Assembly (NCBI GenBank): GCA_965153355.1
Contig: OZ231126.1
Coordinates: forward strand, 4,278,001-4,342,000
From: Flaccisagitta enflata
Lineage: Eukaryota
Length of the DNA stretch: 64,000 nt
Direction: 5' to 3'
The notes below the pieces were generated by a model. That model did no database searches and was not told the origin of the DNA. It worked only from the letters and a program-made list of their open reading frames with translations. Position numbers and translations under genes: made by a program. This document shows positions 54,621 to 64,000 of this stretch, piece by piece (position 1 is the stretch's first letter; each line of letters opens with the position of its first letter).

Positions 54621-54759
54621 ATCCTTCATATGTCGCTATAAATCTAGCTTCATTTTTGGAAAGACATGAATGTCAGGAGAGATGAACTTGATTCAACAAT
54701 GCGATAAAAGTGCTACAATTAGACAAGGGAAAAATTTTGATATTAGTGGTTTATCTACA

Positions 54760-57700
54760 CACACTGTCCCCGTTAGCCCTATAAAGTCAGGCATCAATGT
54801 CCCCTCATCAGACCATGTTTCCAGTGTTTTATGATGTGTTGGGACTTGAAATAGCTTGCTGGCAAATTTTTTCTCACGCGGAGATTTTTTTAATCAGGAA
54901 AAAAGTCTTTGACTTTTTTACATATTCAAGAAAAACAGGGCTTTTATTTTCTAATGAGGAAGTTGGGGAACTCGTAGGGCTGATTGCACCCTCGGACAAA
55001 ATCAATAGGGTAAGTAAATTTGATAATTCTCTTTCATTTGGCGCCAAGCAGAATGCTCTACAGCAAATATTTTTCGCGTTATGAATTTTTGAATATTTAT
55101 TTATGGAAAATTCAAATTGAATTTTTTTCCGATTTTTCATGATTTTGAAATGGATCAATAAAAGAGTGTATTTGAGTTTGTATGAGCACGCAAATACATG
55201 AAAACATGTTTACGAGCATAGCTGCTCATCTCTGAGGGTGTTTTTGATTATTCTAGCTCATTTAACTCATTTAGCTTTATCTTTTTCTCTGATTTAAAAT
55301 AGGATGAATAAATGAATAAATATATTTTGAAACACATTTGAGCAGGCAGCTACAAAAGAGCATGTCAGTGAGCAGACCAGCATTTTAGCTCATTTAGCTC
55401 ATTTAGCTTACTTCTTAGTTGCGGACACGCAACTCTAAAACAGTGTTTGTCCGTCCGTCCATCGGTCTGTTGATCCATCCCTCTGTTAGATCAATAAAGG
55501 AGTGTATCTAGGTTTGTTAAAGCATGCAAAAACAAGAAAACATGTTTATGAGCGTAGCTGCTCATCAGTGAGGGTGTTTTTGGGTATTCTAGCTCATTTA
55601 ACAGGGTGTGCAAAATTATCTGGACTTTTTTCAAAAACTTTTTTTAAAAATGATTTTTGATAGTATGAGGGCTAGATATGAAAAATACAAGAAAGCATTT
55701 CAGTGAGCATCTGTGAGGGTGGTTTTGAGTATTTTAGAGTATTTTTACTTATCTAGCTGATTTGGCTCAGTTCTATTTTTCTCTGATTTTCAGTGCAATC
55801 AATACATAAAATTGCTCTTAATTTGATCTAACAAATCAAGTAATGCAGGGTCTGAAAATAAAAGCTTGTTGAGAAGTGACCAATGCTTACAATTTTTTTC
55901 CTCAAGGCAACAGCAACATCTTGTATCCTAAATCTGACCTTTCAGGCCCCAAATGAACTTTTTGGATCCCTTTTTGAGTGGCGGCCTCAAATGAGATAGT
56001 CTTGTGGAACACAGGGCAACTTTTGTTTGTCTATTTATTTGTTATCACCCATCCTTTGTCCCCCAGGCCCTCTCAGGCCTGAATTCACCTTCACGCTGAA
56101 ATATGCCAGTTCAGGCCCAAAATCTGCCCTCTCAGGCCTTTGAATCTGCCTTCTCAGGCCTAGATTCTGCCCTCCCAGGCCTAGAGGTTCTCAGAGGCTG
56201 GAGCCCAAATCCTGAACTGGCTACACAAACCTAGTCTCAAGGCCCAAAACCTAGCCTGGAGGCCTAAATCCAGCCTCGAGGCCCAAATCCTAGCCTCAAG
56301 GCTCAAATCCCAAGCTTGAGACTCAAATCCCAGCCTCGAGGCTCAAATCCCAGCCATGAGGCTCAAATACCAGTCTCAAGGCTCAAATCCTAGCCACGAA
56401 GCTCATATCCCAGTCTCCAGGCCTTAATTCCAGCCTTGAAGTTCAAATAAAAACACCATAGGCCATCGGCCCCGCTGCCCCTCTAACCACCACACCCACA
56501 TACACTCATAGGGGCAACGGGTTCCGCTGTCCATCTGACGCTTTTGCAACTATTTTTGTTAGTCTGTCAGTCTACTTGTCAGTCTTTTTGTTAGTCGTTC
56601 GTCCGTTCATCCCCCCACGTCAAGATCCTTAGGCCTGTGATCTAGCCTCTGAGTGCTCAAATCCAGCCTCTTATGCCTCAAATCAGGCCCCTCAGACCTC
56701 CAATCAGGCCTTTCAGGCCTCTAATTAGGCCTCTTAAGCCTCTAACCAGCTAAGCTATTTCAGGTTTCAAAGCAGTTCTTTATAGCCTTTCAGGCCTCTA
56801 TTCAGTCCTCTTAGGCCTCAAGTAGACCTTTCAAGCTTCAATTCAGCTCTCTAAAGCATGAAACTGGCATATCAGCCTTCACACACCTTGAATCAGCCTC
56901 CTTAGGCATCAAATCCACCCCTTCACAGACTTCAAATCAGCCTACAAACAGTCTCTACAAACGGCCTTAATCCTTCAGGCTCTTTAGGCCCTCAATCTGC
57001 CATCTGCAGCATTTCTAATTAGGGATCCTAGAAGCTTGAAAACATTTCAAGTGGGAGACTGGGCCGCAATTACAATGCTTTTTCAGAAATAATTAGAAAA
57101 AATTGAAAATCTTCAATTTTTTGGGCCGCAATTACTATGCTATTTGAGGGATAATTAGAAAAAATTGAATTAGCAAAATTTAAGATCTTCAATTTTTTTC
57201 AATTTTGATATTGAATGTTTTCACTCTTTTGTCTCCCATTTCTAAACAATTTTAGCTACAAACGCTAAATTACACTTATCTTGTAATTTTTTTGATGTAA
57301 AATAATTTTTTTAAAAAGTTTACTGGCTATTCTTTAAGCTGACCCTTAGCATTGTTTTAAAACTACAACCACCCATTCATTCTCAAACGCTAATATGTCA
57401 TACCAGTAATGGCGGCTGTCGCCATGAGGAAAAAAGTTGTAAGCATTGGTTACATTTCACCAAGCTTTTATTTTCAGTCCCTGCATTTTTTAATTTGTTA
57501 GATCAAATTAAGAGCAATTTTACGTAAGCATTAGTAATTGAAAATCAAAGAAAATAGAATATTTAAATGAACAGATGAGCAAAAAATACTCAACATCACT
57601 CAACCAGATATCCAGCTATGCTCACTGAAATGCTTTCTGGTATTTGCATGCTTAATTAAAACATTTATTCATCCTACTAAAAGTTAGAAAAAAGAATAAA

Positions 57701-58343
57701 CTAAATGAGCTATATGCTAAAATGCTGGTCTACTCACTGATATGCTTTCTTGTAGCTGCTTGCTTAAACGTGTTTCAAAATATTTTTTCATTTGTTGCAT
57801 TTAAAATCAAGAAAACAAAACTGAGCTAAATGAGCTAAATGAGCTAATATGCTCCAAAACACCCTCATAGATGAGCAGCTATGCTCTTAAACATGTTTTC
57901 ATGTTTTTGCATGCTCAAAAAAACTCAAATACACTCCTTTATTGATTCTATTCAAAATCATGAAAATCAAAAGAAAATTCAATTTGAATTTTTTGTAAAT
58001 AAACCTTTAAAAATTCATAACGCAAAAAATATTTGCTGTAGAGCATTCTGCTTGGCGCCAAATGAAAGAGAATTATCAAATTTACTTACCCTATCAATTT
58101 CATTTGAGGGTGCAATCAGCCCTGTAAGTTCCCCAACTTCCTCATCTGAAAATAAAAGCCCTGTTTCTCTTGAATATGTCAAAAACTTGAAGACTGACTT
58201 TTTTCCTGATTAAAAAAATCTCCACGTGAGAAAAAATTTGCAAGCATGCTATTTGAAATCCCAACACATCATAAAACACTAAAAACATGGCCTGATGAGG
58301 GGACATTGATGCCTGACTTTATAGGGCTAACGGGGACAGTGTG
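54760..58343. mobile_element. CMC/Chapaev-like non-autonomous element with ~1-kb inverted arms
   Basis: CACACTGTCCCCGTTAGCCCTATAAAGTCAGGCATC / reverse complement, 4-bp TSD TACA; family B element nested near 55975-56555. Confidence 0.8.
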
Positions 58344-58629
58344 TACAAAGTAATCCTCCCTTATCACACTATTGCTTTATAAAACGTCACTCTAGATTTC
58401 TAAATCATTTTACAGTCTATCACTTTTGTCAATCTAGGAAAAAGTTATCCTATAAGTTGATAAAATGTCAGAAAGTATTATATGAATATCGGTCACCGAT
58501 CTCCGACGTTGTGAAACCAGAAAGCAATTACAGAGTAATTAAGGAAAACAAACGAAATATGTCTATTATCAGTCAGTTACACATAACCTCTAAAAAAAGT
58601 AAAGAACATCGCACCTGAACTTAAAAATG

Positions 58630-58985
58630 CCCATAATTTGTTTCAGTATCTTCCAGTGCTCCTTTGTATTGTTGATATTTTCTTGAATTTTACGGTCCAA
58701 GTAATTTCTCTCTGCTTTTCGACAGTCGCTAACTATCTCATTTCTGAGTTTTTTATAATCAGCCCTTCGGTTCTTTAATTTAGCCAGACGGTCCCTTTTC
58801 CTAATTTTGTACAGGATTTCTGAGGTCATCCATGGGTTTTTTGGGAGCCGGTTTCCCTTATTTGTAAATGTTTTGGTTGTTATTGCATTAGTGTAATGTT
58901 TTTCGTAAATTGCCAAGAGTGACTCAAAGGCAGCATTTGGTTCTGATTCCCTAAAAACTTCCTCCCATTTTTCTTTCCTAAGTGA
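58630..58985 (-). pseudogene. Non-LTR retrotransposon (CR1/L2/Jockey-like) ORF2 fragment, endonuclease-RT linker
   Basis: WEEVF...KNPWMTSEILYKIRKRDRL...YKKLRN...AERNY...WKILK pattern. Confidence 0.8.
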
Positions 58986-60594
58986 ATCTTTTCGACCATT
59001 TCCGACCATTTTTTGGCAAACCGCCTCGAGTCTGACTTGTATCGACCTCAGCGTGCAACATCCGTTCAAACTAACGCCAGGTGGTTTTGAGTAGTTCTCT
59101 TTTGCTTGTTTACACTCTAGATGGACTTCCTGAACTAGTATCCTGCTTCAAAGAAATATTTCTTGTAGCGCCTTTTAAGAAAAATAAAAAATCAATAATT
59201 TTTCATTTCATCTTGCACTAAAAATTTATTGATTGATTGGGATTGATTGGGGTCGATTTGTTGATAGGGATGAAATTAATTGACATCCGTTATTGCGGGC
59301 TTTAACTTAGCGGCGTAGGAGGAGGGGCGTAAGGGGCGTCAGCTGACACCCGTACAGTCGGACACAGATGGCAGTCGGACACAGATAGCAGTCTGATACA
59401 ATTGTTCAAAAAAAAAAAAAAAAGAAAGAAATGAAAAAGAGGCTGAAAAAAGAAAAAAACAAAACAATTGGGACTGAAAAATAGAAGGTTTTACGGGGTA
59501 AAAAAGAAAGAAAGAAAGAAAGAAAGAGAGATAGAGAGATAAAAAGAAAGAGAGAGAAAAAAAAGGAAAAGAAAAAAAGAAAGTGAGAAAAAAAGAGAAA
59601 AAAATGGGTAAGAGGAAAAAGAGGGAAAGAAAGTATACTATTTTAACCTGCTGATCTTGAGAAGTATGAGTGAGGACAATAAAACTAGTCATTCAAGGAT
59701 TGCACATGGTCAGCGGTACCCGATGCCCTGCTGTTGAGTGATCAGTGAAGAAGTGGAGTGAGAGCAGGGCAGCAGCCCCAGGGCAATAATATGTCCTGTA
59801 GAACACAGGGGAATTCTGAGACGTCCGTCTGTCTGAGGGGGGCTCTAGATGGCTGATTTATGCCACTGGCTGCATATCTGAGGTTAGAGATGCTACCAGC
59901 TTGAGGAGCAGATTTGAGTTTGGCGGTCATGGCTGGAGGCTAAATTGGGGTACCTGAGGCAGACTATGTCTGGGAGGCAGATTTAGGGCAGTGCGGAGGC
60001 TAAGTTGAGTCCTTGGAGGGCTAGACTTGAGGCCTTGATGGTCAACGGGGATTTAATGACGGAAGGATGAAGGTGACAGACGGACGTCTTGAAATTCCCC
60101 CCTGTGTTCTACAGGACATCGGCCCTTTGGGGCCGCTGCCCAAAAAATGAAATGGCAGAAGAAACGAGGCTAAGTAGGCCAATAAAGTGCGGCATGTGGA
60201 TTGTCAAACAAATGCGTTACCCAACAGACCAACCGATGGACACAGCCAGTTTTAGAGGTGCTTTGTCGCACCTAAAAAGTGAGAAAGAAAGTAAGGTTTC
60301 CTGTTGACCCTGAGAAACTGCCGGCACCAGTAGTAACAGATCTGAGTCACTGTAGTGTAGATACAAAGCCAGTCTTTATTAAATGCCAAAAAATTCAATA
60401 AAAATGAGTGGAAATGAGTGTTATTGAAATAGATTCCCCTCAGGAAAATATGGCCAGGCACGCAGGCTAAGATTAGCAAATTATTTCAATTATTAGAATA
60501 TTAAAAAAAAATTTTATCAAATGTTTTTAAAAATTTTGTAGTTTGATATCTTTTTATTTATAGGTTTTTTCATCTTTTAGAATTTTTTGTTTTT

Positions 60595-62000
60595 TTAAGT
60601 TATTCTAAGTCATTCTAAGTCACTTTAAGTCATTTTTTTGCAATTGCAGTTTTTGTCATTTTTTGTCATTTTACATCATTTTAAATCATTTTAGGTCATT
60701 TTAAGTCATTCTTAGTCATTCTGAGTCACTGTAAGTGATTCTGAGTCACTATAAGTCATTCCAAGTCCTTAATGCTTAGCTTATTTTGCCTTTTTACGTC
60801 GTCATATGTCCAGTTTAAGTCTGGTTTAAGTCTGGTTTAAGTCTGGTTTAAGTCTGGTTTAAGTTTGGTTTAAGTTTGGTTTAGGACTGGTTTAAGTCTG
60901 GTTTCAGTCTGGTTTAAGTCTAGTTTAAGTCTGGTTTAAGTCTGGTTCAAGTCTGGTTTAAGTCTGGTTTAAGTCTGGTTTCAGTCTGGTTTCAGTCTGG
61001 TTTCAGTCTGGTTTCAGTCTGGTTTCAGTCTGGTTTCAGTCTGGTTTCAGTCTGGTTTCAGTCTGGTTTCGGTCTGGTTTCAGTCTGGTTTCAGTCTGGT
61101 TTAAGTCTGGTTTAAGTCTGGTTTAAGTTTGGTTTAAGTCCTTTTAAGTCATTTTTAATAATTTTAGGTCATTTTTAGTCATTCTTAGTCATTCTGAGTC
61201 ATTGTAAGTCATTCTGAGTCACTATAAGTCATTCCAAGTCCAAAACGCTTAGATTTTTTTGCCGTTTTACATAGTTGTAAGTTTGGTTAGGATCTGGTTT
61301 AAGTTTGGTTTAGGTCTGGTTTAGGTCTGGTTTAAGTCTGGTTTATGTCTGGTTGATGTCTGGTTTATGTCTGGTTTATGTCTGGTTTATGTCTAGTTTA
61401 AGTCTGGTTTATGTCTGGTTTTATGTCTGGTTTAGGTCTGGTTTAGGTCTGGTTTAAGTCTAGTTTAAGTCTGGTTTAAGTCTGGTCTTCGTTCGGCTTA
61501 AATTCGTTTCGCCCGGGTTTTGCCCGGTTCTAGTCTGCTCCCAGTCTGGTTTAGGTCTGGCTTTAAGAATGGCTCAAGTCTGGCTCAAGTCTGTCGGTGC
61601 CTGGTTTTGAGTCTGGTTTGAGTCTGGTTTGAGTCTGGTTTGAGTCTGGTTTGAGTCTGGTTTGAGTCTGGTTTAGGTCTGGTTTAGGTCTGGTTTAGGT
61701 CTGGTTTAGGTCTGGTTTAGGTCTGGTTTAGGTCTGATTTAAGTCTGGTTTAAGTCTGGTTTTAGTCTGGTTTTAGTCTGGTTTCAGTCTGGTTTTAGTT
61801 TGGTTTAAGTTTGGTTTAAGTCTGTTTTAAGTCTGCTTTAAGTCTGGTTTAAGTGCGCTTTAAGTCTGGTTTAAGTCTGCTTTAAGTTTGCTTTAAGTCA
61901 GATTAAGTCTGGATTAGATCATAAAAATGATACAATAAGGAGTCAGGTAAATTCAGTTATCTTTGTCTCACACGCGACTTATAGGTGTTGGCCTCATTTT
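60595..62000 (+). mobile_element. 5'-incomplete long HINE-like copy dominated by an 11-bp agtctggttta satellite
   Basis: Ends cacgcgacttataggtgttggcct; same 10-bp and 11-bp arrays as 53256-54620 in opposite orientation. Confidence 0.7.
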
Positions 62001-63188
62001 TATCTCATGAATTTTTTTTCCGCATGATAACATTTTTTATCATCTTTAAAACATATATTTTTCTTTTTATCCTGGTTTACCAATTTTTATTGGAAGTCTC
62101 GGCCAGAGGTCTAATACCAAAAGAGAATAAATCCCGCCTCAAAGCCTTTTTGTTAAGAGTTTGCAATGTCAGGAACGGTGATATGAAGAAACTAATTTCT
62201 TTCTGTTCAAAGGCGTCACTTCTTGCATCGTTTAGTATCTTTTCTGCTCGAAATGAGCCATCCTGGTCATCGCCACAGCCGTTACTTGTTCAGAGATAAC
62301 TCCTTATCTCAACTTATGTTTTTTTTTCTTATTTATTCTCGTTGCATTATAGTTACAATGACATGTACTAGACCAAAATACTTTAATGTTATACTGGAAT
62401 CTAGTAATCTTTGAGTCGTTGATGCAACTAGCTACATTGTATTGTCCAATGTACCATTGTGTTTCTTATGAAATTACAATCTTCATTCATTTTTCATTAC
62501 ATAAACTTTCTGTTTTTTTTTTTATTTTTTTAAAAATTTAAACCCTCAAGTGATATCTTAACTGTTTCCTTTCTCTGTATCAATACCTGCACCCCTCCCC
62601 TACAATGATTTGGCTACATGTTATTCACCCACTTTTTTTAACTGTTGTGAATCATACACATGGTGAGTCGGACACAGTATTGAGTCGGACACAGATTGGG
62701 ACCTGACACCCCTGCCCATTAGAGATCATCGACACTAGCTAAAAACCATTTGGTTATCTCAAGTCTCATTTTCCTCAAATGTCGTCTCATAAGTTTTGAC
62801 ATCGTCTCTGCTAAATGTCGTTGCCGTCATGCCATTTCCGTTTCATTTCTGCAATATACAGTAGACTGTATGACTTGCTTTTTAAAAATTGGTTCCGTCT
62901 CAGTCTGTCTCAGTCTCAGTTCCTGAAGTATGCCTTGTGTATTAAAAAAGAATGTATAAATGAATGAATGAACAAATGAATGAATGAATGAATGAATGAA
63001 TGAATGAATGAATGACTGAATGAATGAATGACTGAATGACTGAATGAATGACTGAATGAATAAATGAGTGAATGAATGAACAAATGAATGAATGAATAAA
63101 TGAATGAATGAATGAATGTTATGTTTGCAACCTTTTTCCTTTGTGTTTACAAAAAAATGTTTGTAAGAACTGGTGAAGAGAAGGAGAG

Positions 63189-63227
<39 letters not shown>

Positions 63228-63259
63228 GTCTGTCTCTGTCTCTGTCTCTGTCACTGTCA

Positions 63260-63296
<37 letters not shown>

Positions 63297-63297
<1 letters not shown>

Positions 63298-63895
63298 AGG
63301 GTCATCCACCCGAGTGGTCGGATTCTGTTAAGCTTTTACTCTCAGATACCAAGAGACATGGATTTGAAATTGATCATGTCTTAAAGAGTATAGATTGACA
63401 TTTTTTGTGTAGAAATTTCAGCCATTTTGGTCAATTAGTTTGTCTTTTACGTAAATTTGAAGTAACACAAGCATTTTACCATTTTACAGATTGTCTATCG
63501 AAAATTCAGAATTCTGCTTGCATTCATGTTTATTTTTTTCTACTATTCACGCCACAGAGAGGAAATTAATCTCAAATGGAAGATAAACTGACAAACATAT
63601 TGAAATACTTTAATATCATCACTCGTTCAAGCCTGTTTTGGATTGATTACTAAAAAATTCAAAAACTAATTAGGGTGTTAGTTTGCACAATTCCTAGAAA
63701 ATCTGCTCAGTCTTGAAATAAAGCTTTACATCAAAATCCATGTTAGAGACAAACTACTTGACCAAAATGGCTGAAATTCTTATACAAAAAACTTCAGTCT
63801 ATGCTCTTTAAGACTTGATCGATTTCAATTCCATATCTTTTGGCATCAGAGAGTAAAAGCTTAACAGAATCCGACAACTCAGGTGGATGACCCTG
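63297..63895. mobile_element. Tc1/mariner-type MITE with long TIRs
   Basis: CAGGGTCATCCACC...GGTGGATGACCCTG, right flank TA; partial end copy near 45944-45995. Confidence 0.8.
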
Positions 63896-64000
63896 TATGA
63901 AAATGCTGTAAATTGAACCAATTCAAACTTTGATTTGATCCTGATTCAATGGTTCTCAAATCCCAATTGATCTGAAACCGAACAGAAATAAGTTTATCGG

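Noticed and set aside
54797-58213. Paired ORFs at 54874 and 57881
   Set aside because: Mirror translations of non-coding inverted arms

Overview
Repeat-dense, intron-containing animal (invertebrate-like) genomic DNA; no prokaryotic operons, CRISPR arrays, rRNA or tRNA were seen. Most ORFs in the track are microsatellite artefacts. Host genes: (1) a spliced arylamine N-acetyltransferase-like gene (+, 16891-18439, Cys-His-Asp triad, one frameshift at an A7 run); (2) three exons of a trypsin-like serine protease (+, 41266-44311); (3) a two-exon XK-related membrane protein with a very long first loop (-, 47854-50472). The most notable element is a 3'-truncated Helitron/Helentron-type Rep ORF (8515-11832) preceded by an intact SGNH/GDSL hydrolase ORF (7767-8585); a candidate 61-nt GT-AG intron would join the two in frame. 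The window also holds many DINE-1/HINE-like non-autonomous elements (some with expanded internal satellites), fragments of a hAT-like transposase, an Academ XPG-like domain and a LINE ORF2, and many nested MITE/foldback elements with readable target-site duplications (TSDs). Family assignments come from motif recognition by eye, not database searches.
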